A stretch of 64,000 bases of DNA from Octopus vulgaris. Its lineage: Eukaryota. Every line of letters begins with the position of its first letter. Position 1 is the first letter of the stretch. The DNA lies in assembly GCA_951406725.2 (NCBI GenBank), contig OX597818.1, positions 132,060,001-132,124,000 on the forward strand, given 5' to 3'. A model generated the notes under the pieces. It was not told the origin of the DNA, did no database searches, and saw nothing but the letters and a program-made list of their open reading frames with translations. The position numbers and the translations under genes are program-made. Positions 11,500 through 27,029 of this stretch are shown here, in pieces.

Positions 11500-12333
11500 T
11501 AGGGTGTGATGGGTAAATTGTCATCATTTTATATTTTTAATTTCATGCATTGTTTGTTTTTGATTTTGTCATCTACACATTTGGGCACCAGCTGTGAGAA
11601 AAACAGCACCATGACGCAATTTGCTCTGCCAGAAATTTAGAAACAACATGCTGTACTGCTTGGTATTTGTGCTGGAAGCTCCAATATGAACATTTCAGAG
11701 TGTTTGGGTGTCAGTCTGAGGACATGTGCCAAGAGTGATAAAAATCAAACATCCACTTGGAGTGATCACTAGTGATAGCGACGTTATGCCTCCGTTCATC
11801 TTCCCACACAGCCTCAGACTCAACATGGAGGCCTACATCAAGTGCTTGGAGTAGATAGAGCTTCATGGGTCAAGAGGGTGGCTGCTGGAAGACCCTATGT
11901 CTGACAGCAGGACTCTGTACCATGCCACACAAGGAGAAGAACCCAGACATGGCTGTCACAATTTCTGTGACCACTTCACCCCTAACATCTGGCCACCTAA
12001 CTCCCCAGACTGCAACCCCCTTGATTATTATGTGTGGGGCATAGTGAGTGAGAGACCGACAAAACTCCTGGCAACACCAAAGAGGAACTGAAGACAAGGA
12101 TTATGGCAGTATTCACCCAACTTAAACAAGGAGACTGTCCAGAGGGGTTGCAGGAGATTCCGAATTGTCTGGAGGCTGTAGTTGAAGACAATAGTGATAT
12201 AATTGAATAAATTTACTCTTTAGTATTTCAAGATATTTTTATGTAATTTTGGTAAATAGATCTGTTAAAATGAGATGTCAGTGATATTTTCATTTTTGCG
12301 TAATTTAGATGACAATTTATTCACTGCACCATA
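11500..12333 (+). mobile_element. Decayed, internally deleted Tc1/mariner-superfamily transposon (maT/DD37D-like)
   Basis: Imperfect TIRs (tatagggtgtgatgggtaaattgtcatc vs reverse complement tatatggtgcagtgaataaattgtcatc) in TA context. Transposase fragments VMPPFIFP, *QQDSVPCH and IWPPNSPDCNPLDYYVWG, with stops and frameshifts. Confidence 0.85.
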
Positions 12334-12511
12334 TATATGTATATTTGTATGTATGGTGTGTGAATGTGAGCATGTGTGTGCATGCATGTAGTTGTAATAA
12401 TGAAGTCAAACCAAATAGTGGTATTCTGAAATTATTGTGCATATGTGTGTGTGTATATATATATATATACACATATGTGTGTGTATATATATATATATAT
12501 ATATACACATA

Positions 12512-12565
<54 letters not shown>

Positions 12566-14915
12566 TATATATATATATATATAAAATGTATATGTGTATG
12601 CCTTAATCCATGTATTCATATCTGTATGTATATATACACATAGATATCCTTGCATTTAATGAAGATTGTTCATGTACTGCTCTGTCCTCTCTACCATTCA
12701 CACTTTTCTTGTCTAATGTCATTGAAAGGTCAATTGGTCTTGTGGGGAGTTGGAATTATTACTTTCTGTGTGCCTGTCAGTCAGTCTGGCTTTCTGTTTT
12801 ATCTGTCATTCTTTCATTTGCATCACTTTTCATTGAGTTATCAGTTTCACCTGAAAAGCTTATGTTTTTCATCTTGCACTTCAATCTTTACAGTATGACC
12901 ACACCACATTATAGTTTCAATTGAAGTTGGGTTGCTCTATCTGACTAACATTTCTATTATCTGTCTTAAACTTTCATTATAATTAACTCTTTCCTCCCTT
13001 CAGTCTCTGTATCCCTGTATTTTCCTCTGCACTCATCTATCCAAAATAGTCGCTTGTCAGTGTTATTATATACACATGCACACACACACAACTATTTATT
13101 AAGAATAATCATATGCATACATAAATATATAAGCAATTAAGTGTACAATATGATACATGTGTGTGTATACGAGCGTACATAGACATGCACACACACATTA
13201 GCATCCTTCTGAGCACATGTTATATATGTGTGACACAATTATATAACGAACATGACATTTTGCCAGGGACACTACTTGAAACAGGCAGGTATCCTTTCCA
13301 GGAGAAGAGGTGTCTCTCACCCTATTAATGGCATTAAAACAACCAAAGTAGAGCAATGGTCCTTTGTAGCTATTGCAAGCTAAACAATAATGATACAAGT
13401 GTTCTTGTATCAATGATACACACACACACACACACACACACATACACACATATCTATTCACACAAACACACATATACACACACATTCACACACCTTCTTT
13501 ATGAGTTGAAACTCAAGCTATGCTCCATTTTTTGAAAGCCCTCTTTCTCTTTCTCAATTTGTGCTTTACATATAAACACATTTAATATATATTCTTTCGT
13601 GAGAAAGAAATTCATCTCTACATCAACATACACCTCTTACTGGCATTGATATATGATTCGTATGTGTATCAGAATATATCCATGGAAGCAACTGGAAGCC
13701 ACTCCAGTGTCCTTTTCCATTCAAAAGCTTATTGATACTTTATCTACAGTAACAGTGGGATACATTTTTTTTAAAAAATCAACAGCATTCAAAATATGCA
13801 TCTGTATTTGTGTGCATTTCTGTGTGCAAGTGTGTGTCTGTGAGTCTTTATAAATAAATGAAAGAGATTAATCAGCAGAGCATTGATTGTAATATTAATT
13901 TCTTTCTTTTTTTTTTTATTTCAGCCTACTGTATATATGCATGGAAGGTGTATAAATATTCCTGAAAGACTTCCTGAAAGTGATAGGCTTTATTACACAT
14001 GTAAGTTCAAACTTTCACCTTGTGGTTGTCAAATATTGTTGAAGGAAAAAAATAATTCCATGTAATATTCATTCCTTTTTTCAATGTTGTTGTTGTTGTA
14101 TAATGTCAAAGAAATAATCTGAGTCGTAAAACTAAAAATAAATAGATAAGTTGTTTATTGACTATGTTGTTTAGATTTTTCTGGTTTTGACTTTGGTTAC
14201 AATTCTTGGGCTCAGGGCATATTCATCAGTTCCTTATTGCTGTCACTTCTGTCAACTTCATAATCCATCTCCATAAAATCTTGTCTTGTTCAGTAAAAGG
14301 AATTCAGTAATTAATCGTGTAGAATCAGAAATTTAGTAGGTAGTTGAGTACCAGACTTTATAAAACTATTTATGGCCTTCTTTCTCCAGTTGTCCATAGA
14401 TTTTGTTTTGTTATCTCTTTAGTGCTACTGGAACAAATTGACTGATTATGTGATACATCTATTTCTCTCTCCATCATTTTTTGTATCACACATTTCTTCA
14501 GTGTGAAAAAAATGTAAAAAAACAGCCCACAAGCAAAAACCTCACAAAGCCCACCTAAACATGATATATTGTGAAGTGCTAATATATTGCTAAGTGTTGA
14601 TATGACTTGTTATGCATGTACATCTATGTTGTTAGAATTGTCTGTTATTGATGTTGTGTTTTGTATATATATTTGCTAATGTTTGATAATTTTTTACAAT
14701 AACTTTTTTTTACTTTTTAAGTTTTTTTCTTTTTTAATTATTATTAAGGGTAGTGAGTGTTTCTAGTGTTGCATATGACATAAGGAATTGTATTTATTTT
14801 AATCTATACTGCAATGGGCCTTAAGAATTTCTCAGAGCTTAAATTTTTTTTTTGTAACTAATTTTTCTGGACCCATGATATCTACAAAAGTATTAAATAA
14901 TGTTTTGTTAAAATT

Positions 14916-15045
<130 letters not shown>

Positions 15046-15692
15046 CCCTCTTCCTCTCTCTCTTAATATATATTCAGATCCAGTTTATCATTAATGTGTG
15101 CGTTAATAATCTTATTTTTTTGCGGAAAATAAAGGCATTGAAAATGATTATAAGTAGAATGCTAGGGCAAGAGTATCTACTTATACTGGTTCCGGAGTGT
15201 GAGCTATGGCTCAGGGACATCTTAACAGGCCCACAAACAAGGCAGCAATGCACTGGAGTCCATGAGCTCCTGAACAACTGCCTTGTGTGATCATGTCTTA
15301 ATTCAACACTACTGCTCTAACTATGCTGAGATAGTGCCAACACAGTATCAATATGTAGCATTAACTATCTCATCTTTCAGTTAAATCCTGTCAAAGTTAA
15401 TCTTTACTACAACCAACCTTACAGGGTTGATAATCTGAGCAGCAGTAATGTACTGCACCAGTTCAGGCAATTTAAAAAGTACTAGAAAAATTAATAAAAA
15501 ATAGCAACAGCAAAAAAGAAATGCAAATTAGAATAGAGAAATTGGCATGGTAATGTAAAGTTGGAAAAAAACAATGTATCTTATTTGATATGGAGAATTT
15601 ATAAATAAGGAAGGTAATATAATCAATTCTGCTTCACTTTTATCAAGTACCCCATGTGTATAGCAGAGGAACCCAATATTTTCTGGTACTAT

Positions 15693-15888
15693 TACTCTTT
15701 ACTCTTTTACTTGTTTCAGTCAATTGACTGTGGCCATGCTGGAGCACCGCCTTTAGTCGAGCAAATCGACCCCGGGACTTATTCTTTGTAAGCCCAGTAC
15801 TTATTCTATTGGTCTCTTTTGCCGAACCGCTAAGTGACGGGGACGTAAACACACCAGCATCGGTTGTCAAGCAATGCTAGGGGGACAA

Positions 15889-15922
<34 letters not shown>

Positions 15923-16103
15923 ATATATATACATATATACGACAGGCTTCTTTCAGTTTCCGTCTACCAAATCCACTCACAAGGCATTGGTCGGCCCGGG
16001 GCTATAGCAGAAGACACTTGCCCAAGATGCCACGCAGTGGGACTGAACCCGGAACCATGTGGTTGGTTAGCAAGCTACTTACCACACAGCCACTCCTGCG
16101 CCT
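15693..16103 (-). mobile_element. SINE family A, young full-length copy
   Basis: Nearly identical to 34043-34490 and 57790-58210. CpGs retained, (AGAGTAAA)-type tail repeat. Confidence 0.9.
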
Positions 16104-17387
16104 AATATTATCTAACATTCTAGATTAATGACCAGGGATTTTTTTTCATTTTCTTGTCTCAATAATTTATAAATTATCTAAACCTAATCTAATTCATCTA
16201 GACTTTTATAATAGGATATATTGTTCCCCAGTTATTAAATGAAGTTAATGAAGCAACTTTTCTAATGCTACAAATTTGGGAAGAGGGACCACCACCACCA
16301 CCACCATCGTTACTATTACCCAGTGAGGTAATCACTCTATAGTTGCAAGACCTACAAGAAATAGCAGTAAAAACTTCACCCAAATTTAATCCTACCTTCT
16401 TAGAAAGGTAGAATACATTATCTAATATAATACTAGATATACATATCAAGCTTGAAAGAAAGACATGAGGGTCACGGTTGGAACCTCTTTGGTCATGTGT
16501 CTTATTGAAGAAGGTGGTGGTGGTGATCAGAAAAACAATATTTGAAGGCATTTCCTCATTCTCAACCAATTTGGAGATTTCTTTTCTTTCTTTTATTAAT
16601 GTTTTCTGATTTATTCTATGCTTATTTTGTATAACACTTTTTTTTTCTTACTGCACTGTGGGACATGAGATAAATACAGTTTTGGTTCTAGAGATGGTTA
16701 GATGTTGGAGTTGGGGTTGGGTTGAAAATCACTAATGTACATTTGTTCATAATAAAAAAAAAAAAAAAAATGGAAAACAGAGAAGAAAAGACAGACATAG
16801 AGCTAAGTCACCTCTTGATTCAAGTATAAACTTGTGTAAACATTGCATGGATGATAAAAATTATTTACAAATAAAACTCACTGCTCTACCTCAACTGTAG
16901 TTTTGTTCTGAAATAGAGTTAAGTGTATTTATGAACATATTTCTTCTTAGTCATACACATTGCCGGCAGCTTTCACTTTGGGGAGCAGTGATCTCTCTCT
17001 CTCTCTCTCTCTCATATCTAGGCTGCAGTGAATATCTTTAAATCCATTCTGCTATTATTTGGCATTACATGCAACAAGATAGCTTCCTTTTCTTCTTCTG
17101 AAATATCTAGAAGGAGTGTATTAGAAGTCCCTTTCAATTCATATTTTACTCTCTTTCTAACATTCTTCTCATTGATAAAAGGATTTCATGAACACGTTTC
17201 TATGTATGTGTGTGTAAATATATTTATATGTATATATATATGTATGTAAATATGTATATAGTATGCATGTGAATGTATAAACATATTTGTATATATGTGT
17301 GTGTATATATATATATTTATAGATGTATATGTAAACATTTTGCTTGAGTAAATACATACATATATGTAAGTGTACATTCATGTATGT

Positions 17388-17425
<38 letters not shown>

Positions 17426-17915
17426 GTGTGCACGTGAAATTCTCAAAAGAGCAACTTGCTTGCCTGTAAAGTAGGCTATGAAAAACTCTGTACTTACCAT
17501 TTATCTTTAATGCATTTTTATTTTTCTTCACCCTCACATCCATACAAGTATGATTTTTCTGCTTGAAAAATATATCTTTTACAAACATGGTTTATTTTTC
17601 AATTTACCAATCAAAACTTCTCACTAGGGGTTGTCCTATAGAATATTCAAGAGAAAAGTGTTTGAAGCACCTGTTCTCACATTTCAGTCATTCAGAAAAG
17701 TTTTTAAAAACCGAAATGGAATGCTTATAAAAGGTTTCATGTTGAAAAGATATGCTAGTGCATATATATTTATATGTATATAGGAAATATATCTTTTCAC
17801 CTCTCTTTAAAAGTAATTTAAACATTTTTACATTATAACTAGTTGCATGCAAAGTGAAGCGTTTCAACGGATTCTCTAGCTTTCTGAAAATTATCAGTTA
17901 GCATATATATATATA

Positions 17916-18017
<102 letters not shown>

Positions 18018-18854
18018 ATGCCTTTAACAGACACACACATACAAGTACACATGCAATGCATACGCACACACACACACACACAATCACAAATACATTCTTG
18101 CCCACACACACATATATATATATATAACTATATAAATATACATATATATGTGTATAACTATACATATATACAATCTTACATACATATATATATAATGCAC
18201 ATACACATACACACACACATATATATATATACATATATGAATAAATATATATGTGCATATTTGCACCTGAGCACTGTATGCAATACTTCGAATATTATTG
18301 CTTTTTACATGCACATATATATGCATACATAAGTGTGTATACACACACACATACATATACACACTCATATATAAATGCATGTTTACACAGTTTACACACA
18401 CACATGTATATATACACACACACCTACATACATACTTATGATGATGAAGAGAATTTTTCCGTATTAGTTTGATTTGGTATATGTGTGAGTGTGTTGTATT
18501 TTGTTGGCTAATTTAAAAATGCATCTAAACATTTAAGCTACTGAAAAATAATAAAAATAAGCAACCACAACAAAGCAGTGGAGAATGCAGTGCTGTTGGT
18601 GAGGTTGGTGGGGAAGATGATTACAACAAAAGCATCAGCTATGTAGATATTGATGTTGATGAAGATGATGTTAATAATAATTTATCTGCAAAGGGATCAA
18701 CTGAGTGTAAACTATTTGATAAGTTATATTTCATATTTCAATCCTAAACCACCCAACACTTAGACTTATTCACTCCCATGAAAACTAAAAGACATGTATC
18801 TATTAATGCACAAATTTTAGGATACACAGGCCTTTATACATGCCTATGGATTCC

Positions 18855-19083
18855 TTATCCCTTTAGTGTTTGCCTTATTCTGCCAAAACTAATGCTTTTT
18901 AATCCACATTGTTTTGAACTAATCATGCATTATCTTGTAGTTATGAGATTTTGATGAGGTAGTTGTTAATTTTTAAGATGATATTGTAGGGTTGGTGTAA
19001 GAGACCAGATATGGCCAGTTTGAACATAGAACAAGCAGAATACTTTTGGCTGGATATGGCCGGTTTAAATGCTAAAGGGTTAA
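18855..19083. mobile_element. piggyBac-type MITE family 2
   Basis: ttat-ccctttagtgttt ... aaatgctaaaggg-TTAA; homologous to 32134-32360. Confidence 0.75.
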
Positions 19084-19769
19084 ACTGTGTGCATATTTGA
19101 AGTACACAAACACACACATGCTCATACACAGTCATAAATTCCTAAATTGGCAGATATATTAATAATATAATAATAAAATGCACATTCATGCACACACATA
19201 CATGCACAAATACCTACAATTACATTCACAACATGTACAAAACAAAACAAAAATCATTTACATGCATACAAATATAAACTCACAGGTTTAAATCTCCTAT
19301 ATTTATACTATGCAATTCTTGGACATTGCACTCGCCAAGTTCATTGAGAAGATCACCCTACTGCTCTTCTTTAATAACACTGGGCAGGCAATTTTCCTGT
19401 TTGGTGGCTATGGTGAAAGAGGTTATATTAAATGAAATTAAATAATGATTAAAATGATAGAATGCAAAAATTTTTAATTATTCATTAGTTACAGGCACAC
19501 TAAGCAACAATGATTAAAATAAGCTGTGTACATTTATATTTAACATGTTCATTTACACTCAAATATGGGTAAACTTTCACAGAGAAAAGAAATTTTTCCT
19601 ATTTGTATTACTTATATGCCCTTATTTTCATGTCGACTTTCTTTTTACCCATCATCACATTTCATTATATTATAGCTCTAATCATTAATTCATTCCATTT
19701 TTACCAAACTTTGCAAAATACTTTGCATGGAAAAAATATTTTCATGATATTTGCGAGTTATCTAAAATG

Positions 19770-19985
19770 CCAAGCTGGCAGAATCGTCAGCATGTTAGAC
19801 AAAATGCTTCGCAGCATTTTTTCTGGTACTTTACAGTCTGAGTTCAAAGTCCACCATAGTTGATTTTGCCTTTCATCCTTTCGAGGCCAGTAAAATAAGT
19901 ACCAGGCATGCACTGGGGTCAATGTAATCAAGTTCCCCCATCCTGCTAAGATTTCACACCTTTTGCTCATAGGAGGCAGGATTAT
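19770..19985 (+). mobile_element. SINE family C
   Basis: aagctggcagaatcgtcagc head, tctgagttcaaagtcc, ttttgcctttcatcctttcgagg...aataagtaccagg. Confidence 0.75.
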
Positions 19986-20030
19986 ATTTGTGAGTTAAGC
20001 ACAACTAAAAAATCATTATTAAATACATGT

Positions 20031-20430
20031 ATAAGTGCAGGAGCGGCTGTGCAGTAAGTCGCTTGCTTACCAACCAAATGGCTCTGGGTTCAGTCCCACT
20101 GTGTGGCATCTTGGGCAAGTGTCTTCTGCTATAGCCTCGGGCTGACCAAAGCCTTGTGAGTGGATTTGATGGACGGAAGCTGAAGGAAACCTGTTGTCTA
20201 TGTGTGTGTGTGTGTGTGTGTGCCTGTCTTTGTCCACCCCCCTATCATCGCTTGACAACCAATGCTGGTGCGTTTATGTTCCCTGTAACTTAGCAGTTCA
20301 GCAAAAGAGACCAATAGAATAAGTACTCGGCTTACAAAGAATTAAGTCCTGGGGGTTGATTTGCTCGATTAAAGGCAGTGCTCCAGCATGGCCATAGTCA
20401 AATGACAAACAAATAAAAGAATAAAAGGAT
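20031..20430 (+). mobile_element. SINE family A
   Basis: Full-length homology to the other family A copies. Confidence 0.85.
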
Positions 20431-20779
20431 ATACATGCATGTATACATAAACGCATACATGCATCAAAACACATGCCAACAACCACATGTGCGTGTGTAT
20501 GTTATGTGCATGTGTATATACATGCACATGCATACATGAATAGAGTGCATACATACATTTATACAGTCACTCACATCAATACACATTGGTAACCTGAAAC
20601 TGATACCACTCATTTACTGGGTAGAATTTGTTTTTTCTAAGGACTAACTGCAATTGAAAGAAGGCACAAGAAGTATGTTATATTTGGGACACTGATACAC
20701 ATACACTAATACTATATATATACACTAATACTATATATATATATACACACATATACATACATATATATATATATTAATA

Positions 20780-21022
20780 AATAAAACATATGCATATATA
20801 TGTACATATATGTACGTACCTACCTCTACATGTACATATACACGCATATATGAGAACAGGACACCAAAAAGACGTCGAACACAATGAGAAATGAAAACAT
20901 AGACACAAACCCAAGGAACTGGACATTTTTTTAAACAACAAAAAATAGAGTACAGGACAATTAACTCAAAGAAAAAACCCTTTCTTCAGTCGCTATGGTT
21001 TCATCTACTCTATGTTTCGAAT
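20780..21022 (-). mobile_element. Possible Penelope-like pLTR fragment in (TA)n
   Basis: TA-flanked. Minus strand has tcGAAACata-gagtagat...gaCTGAAGAaaggg. Similar end motif at 7940-8042 (cttcatcagttgtcggctgtctatctactc). Confidence 0.35.
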
Positions 21023-21210
21023 ATATATATATACTCATTCTAACATCCAGTTTCTCATGCTAGTAAGGGGCAAGACAGGATTCATTCACTAAGGCAGATT
21101 TTCTATGGCTAGATGCCCTTAAATACATATCTATACATACTCAGATACATATATAATATACACACAAGTACACATGTGTATGCATGTATATACGTGTGTG
21201 TGTGTGTGTG

Positions 21211-21259
<49 letters not shown>

Positions 21260-21317
21260 TTTCATGTTTGTTCCTCACTGATTGACAAACTGTTGATTTA
21301 TTTTTATATCTCTAATT

Positions 21318-21462
21318 TATAATAATAATAAAAAACATTGTGTACAGTGCTCAGGTGCACTACAACTCATCTAAAGTGTATGTATAATCAGGTGTAGTTT
21401 CGGCGGATTTCGGAAAGCACGAGGGCCTTAAAGGATGCAGTGTCATGGCAGTCAACAACTGA
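21318..21462 (-). mobile_element. CR1-like LINE extreme 3' end
   Basis: Near-identical to 49371-49496, with (TTA)n tail. Confidence 0.8.
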
Positions 21463-22143
21463 GCTCTAAGTTCAGCGAAGGAGAGTGATAAAATAAGTTC
21501 CAGACTTAAAAAGTATAGGGAAGCACTGGGATCAATTTGATTTAGTAAACCCTTGCAGATAGTGCCCCAGCATGACCACTGTCCCAATCATTTAAACAAG
21601 TATACATAGATGCACACATGTACATACACACACGTACCAAGTTTAATATGCATTTACACACACACACACAAATTGTGATGTATCAATTTCATTTAGTTTT
21701 ATTTTTTCTATGTGCATTGATTGGTAGAGACAAAATCTAAGGGGTAGACTTGGTTATTATAATTTGTTTACTAACATTCTATATATAACAATAAAAGGCT
21801 TGTTAATAATTAACCTAAGCTTCTGGGCCTTAATGAAGCTATCAATACTGCTACCCAAGAGATACCCACACCCTGCCCACACCCTGCTGCTGCTGCTGCT
21901 GCTGCTGCTACTGCTTCCATTTCTGCTGTGTTCCAGGCTTGCTCTTAGGCAAAAAGAAAAACAACAAAGGGAAGAAACATGCCATTATGTAAATCAAAAA
22001 ATGTTATATAAAAATGAAACAAAAAACAAAATTTATTTTTTTAGAAAATGGTTTGCATTAATGATTTGGTATGTAATATCCTGCTATGGATGATTACATT
22101 TAAGTGCTGTAATCTGAGTCCTGCTCCTTCATTTTCTCCCTCT

Positions 22144-22178
<35 letters not shown>

Positions 22179-22989
22179 CTCTTCTTTTCTTCCTTTCATC
22201 CTCTCCCCCTCTTCCCCCCTCTCTCTCTCTCTTTTTCTGCATACACACACACACACACATACATAAGTATATTTTTATATTTCTTTCTTCCCTTCCCTTT
22301 TACCCCTGTGTCTTCAACATTTTATTTTTGCACACCCACCTGTGGTTGTGTGTGTGTGTGCATACATACATACATACATACATGCACACATACATACACA
22401 CACATATATATCTTGCATATTAGAAATCCTTCACACATAGATTCATACACCCACATGTACATATTTGTATACTTCTATCTTTTTTACTCTTCTTTCCTTG
22501 TATTCTCCCCTTTTCTCATTTTTAGCCCTCTGTTTTTTTTTTTGTTTGTTTTATACTCATTAGCCTCTATTTACATAGGTCTCTCTCTCTGTCTTTGTTT
22601 CTCTCCCTCTGCCTCTCTCTATTACTCTTTCTCTCTCTCTGTCTCTTTCTCTTTCTCTCTCTCTCTCTCTCTCTCAAACACCTTCCTTTCTTTGTTTTCC
22701 TCCCTCATTTCTTTTTTCCTATCTATTTTTTAAATGCTTTGCTCTCTCTTCCTCTGTTGCTTTAACCCCCTTCATCTCTGTTCTTGTCTGTAGCTCTGTG
22801 TGTGTGTGTGATGACTATTTTCTGATTAACATAACACAACATTGCAGATGATTTGGGTAAACACAGTCTTTAAATTAATGTAATTAAATTTACTTCAATT
22901 TTTATTTTGTTGATGTTTATCTTAATGAAACAGTTGTTGAGTCAAATTAAAGTATGAAATTTAAGCTTTTCCACTTTTATGCTAAATGA

Positions 22990-23067
<78 letters not shown>

Positions 23068-23584
23068 TGTATATATATACATATATATATACACACACAC
23101 ATATATATGGATGTACACTACTTATGTGTGTGTATGTAATTTGAGGAAATTCAGTTTTCATTCAGAGTTGTAATTGTCTTTCATATTTCTAATGCACTAT
23201 ATCATATTATCTATGTATTCTTTATTTTGCTAATTTGTTCTTCTTGGATAAATTTTTGCATTTTAGCCTGGGTTTGTATCCATCGTGATCAACATATTCT
23301 CTAAAATGAAATTAAATGACCTTTGATATATGAGTTATTCTCATTGTTATCTCTTTTATGTTTCTGATGCTTCATTCATTAACCAAAACACATATTAACC
23401 AAAAATAGCTCAAATCTCTCCAAAAACCACTCATAGCAACCATTTATCACCAACTCAACACTGTCAATTAAGAAAAAATTTCCTTTTCACGAGTGCAATT
23501 TTCAACTAAAATTGAAGTTCAACATGGGAAACTAAAGCTATATTAATGATGAAATAACCTGGTGTTATTTTCTAACATTGATGC

Positions 23585-23730
23585 TGATGACAAATTGATG
23601 TGGCAACAAATTGACTGATAATGAATTGACTTGATGTCAAATTGACCTGGCTATGAATTGACTAGTGATGAATGAATTGACTAACAAGAACTGCATTGAC
23701 TGGTGATGAATTCACTGATAATGAATTGCC
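23585..23730 (+). repeat. Degenerate tandem array of about 15-16-bp units with core (g/a)aattgac
   Basis: About 9 occurrences of aattga/aattgc-like cores at regular spacing. Confidence 0.75.
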
Positions 23731-23737
23731 CTACTGC

Positions 23738-23777
<40 letters not shown>

Positions 23778-24708
23778 TGTGCTTGTATCTATCTATCTAT
23801 CTATCTGTAACTTATTTACATCCACACTCTCACACACACGCACATACACACATACATTCACTTGCACATCACAAAAAAGTATACATATCTGAAGCTTAAT
23901 ACGTGTATGTTTATATGTGTATTTTGCTAATTATTTTTTTTTATAATTATGTGAGAAAACTATACAAATTCAAAAAAAAATATTAGGATGAATTCCTTTG
24001 TCTCTACATGGATTTCTGGAACAAAAGTACCTGTGCGTATATGTATGTTTGTGGTATGTTTCTAAGTCTAGACATAGTGTAGGAACATATGCAGTTATGC
24101 CAATGTTCAACATTTTTTCACAGATACATTTTATTCATCCTATACTTTTCCACTTCTATATCTGAAGTGAAGGATCTGGTAATTATACCATAAGATCTCT
24201 AATTTAAATCTAACGCTTTATATTCCACCTTAAATTGTCTTAATGACATCATACTGTCCTTCTTATCAACATCATTTAATGCTTATCTTCCATGCTAGCA
24301 TGGGTCGAATGATGTGATAGGACCTGGTGAACCAGAGAACTGCATCAAACTTTGGCATGGGTTCTATGGCTGGATACCTGGCCTGATGCCAACCACTTTA
24401 CAAAGCTACTGAATGCTTTTTGTACATGGCACTGGCATTTGTAAGGTCACCAAGTAATATATGAGTATTTCATACACACACACACATATACATGCACATA
24501 TATATGTAAGTATGTAGGTAAATTGATAGTTATAATGATAATAAAAATAATGGGTTTATTGTATCATTGCCCAAGTGCAATACAACATTATGTGTTTGAG
24601 ATATTTTAATGCGTATTGTATATAATATGGATAAATACATTATATGCACACACACACAACACACACACTCACACATGTATGTATATATATGATATATACA
24701 AGTATATG

Positions 24709-24747
<39 letters not shown>

Positions 24748-25015
24748 TGTGAATTTGTATATATTATATAGGATATACATACACACATAGATGCACACAC
24801 ATGTTTATACAGATAAGATATCATATGTATGTTCACAGTATATGTGCACGCTATGAATACAGTTAATTTTAATAACTGGTTAATAATACAATTTTCGCAT
24901 AATGATATTGTACTAAATATTAAAGAACAACGACTAAATTCAATTTTTTTTTTAGTTTTTGTGAATTTTAATAGCATATTTAAAAAAAAAATTATTTCAG
25001 GTCTCTACATGTGAG

Positions 25016-25174
<159 letters not shown>

Positions 25175-25987
25175 GTGTTGTGTGTGTGCATAAGGGTGTA
25201 TATGTGTATTACTTTCTGTATGTATGAAAGATTTTTCTTTCAGATTTTAAATTATTTCAACTTGCATTGCAACTTGCTCATTAATTCCATTTTTATTTTT
25301 TAATTTTAACAGTATAATGACTCTAGAAATATAGGTGCATATTTTTTCATATATACATATATATATATATATGTCCTTATATAGGTATATATGCATGTAT
25401 ATATATATGAATTTATACACACAAAATCACATTTATAGAATATACGTATAGAGCTGTATATTACATTTGTGTCACTATATTATATATATATATTATATTA
25501 TATCATATATATGTGTAGATGTATACAGCTATACATATATGTATGTACAACTATATGCATATATGAATATATGTGTGTATGTGTGTATATATGTATTTTG
25601 ACATACTTGCTTGTATAAATATATATATATGTATTGATATATATACAACATATATATACGTATATATGAATGTATATATATATTTATACAAATATAAGTA
25701 CATATAAATTTTTTAATTATACTTAACTATTTCATATTATACTTATATATATTGCATTATACTTATGTATATGAGTATACACATTTTTGTGTATGACTTT
25801 GTTTTTTACACACCCGTCTTTGTCTTTTGTTTTTTTTGTAAGTTCCAACTATATATATATATATATATATGTTTACAGAGTGAGAGAGAGAGAGAGAGAG
25901 AGAGATACAAATATATATACATATATAAAGATCTATCTATATATACACACACAGATATATGTACATATAGTTGTGTATATTTATATT

Positions 25988-26028
<41 letters not shown>

Positions 26029-26482
26029 AACACACACACACACATTCACACACACATACACACACACACGTGCATATGCACTCTCTCACTTTATTCTGAC
26101 TGTGCGTTGGGTGTGTGTGCTTAATGTGTTTGAGAATGTGTTTCAAATTAGTTTGCTTTGTATAGAAAGAAAAAATATAAATATAAATGAAATACAAATT
26201 AAAATACACATAGAGTACGTATAAAAAATAGGAATAATAATTAGAGAAAATTGTCTGAGGAAAGGAAAGCATAACTTATTTTTGCATAAATTTCTTTTTT
26301 CTTATGTATTTTTTTTTTTACATATTTTTTTTCTGGGTTGTTGGTAGTGAAAATGTCATTCCTTATGTTGAGCATACATTGTTTTTATTTCAAATTCATT
26401 TTAATTTAAATTTTACATAGAGGTTGATTTGAAGATTTCACTTCTTTTAGGTCAATTGGTGTATGAGAAAATTGAGAGAATG

Positions 26483-26554
<72 letters not shown>

Positions 26555-26578
26555 TGTGTGTGTATGTGTGTGTGTGTA

Positions 26579-26619
<41 letters not shown>

Positions 26620-27029
26620 AAGAGAGAGAGATAGATAGAGAAGAAAGTGGGGAGGCATGGGGTGAATTTCATATTTTCAGATTCTGCAGGTTTTGCTCTG
26701 CAGTATCAGCAACTTATTTATAGTTTCCATGTGCATTCTCTGGCTCACAGCTGGTCTGAACTCTTTCCTTCTGCTGTGGAAGTGGTTACCATGATGACAA
26801 TGAAAACACAATGATGATGATGATGAGGATCATAGTGGTGATGGTGGCTGTGGCAGTTGTAGTGGTGGTAGTATCTTTTGTTTTATATATTTTAGTCACT
26901 AATCTGAGAAAGATTTTGGTAAGGAGGGGTATGGTGGGGTCACATTGCCTTATCCTACTTAAGCTGGGAGATAAAGATAAGCAGGTGAGTTAAATGCATG
27001 AAGATCTAAATAATGAGTATGATAATGAT

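Noticed and set aside
16030-16103. tRNA-like sequence with A/B boxes
   Set aside because: It is the head of multi-copy SINE family A, with no full cloverleaf.
23585-23730. CRISPR-like repeat-spacer appearance
   Set aside because: Cores are about 7 bp and linkers about 8 bp, far too short and degenerate. Eukaryotic context and no cas genes.
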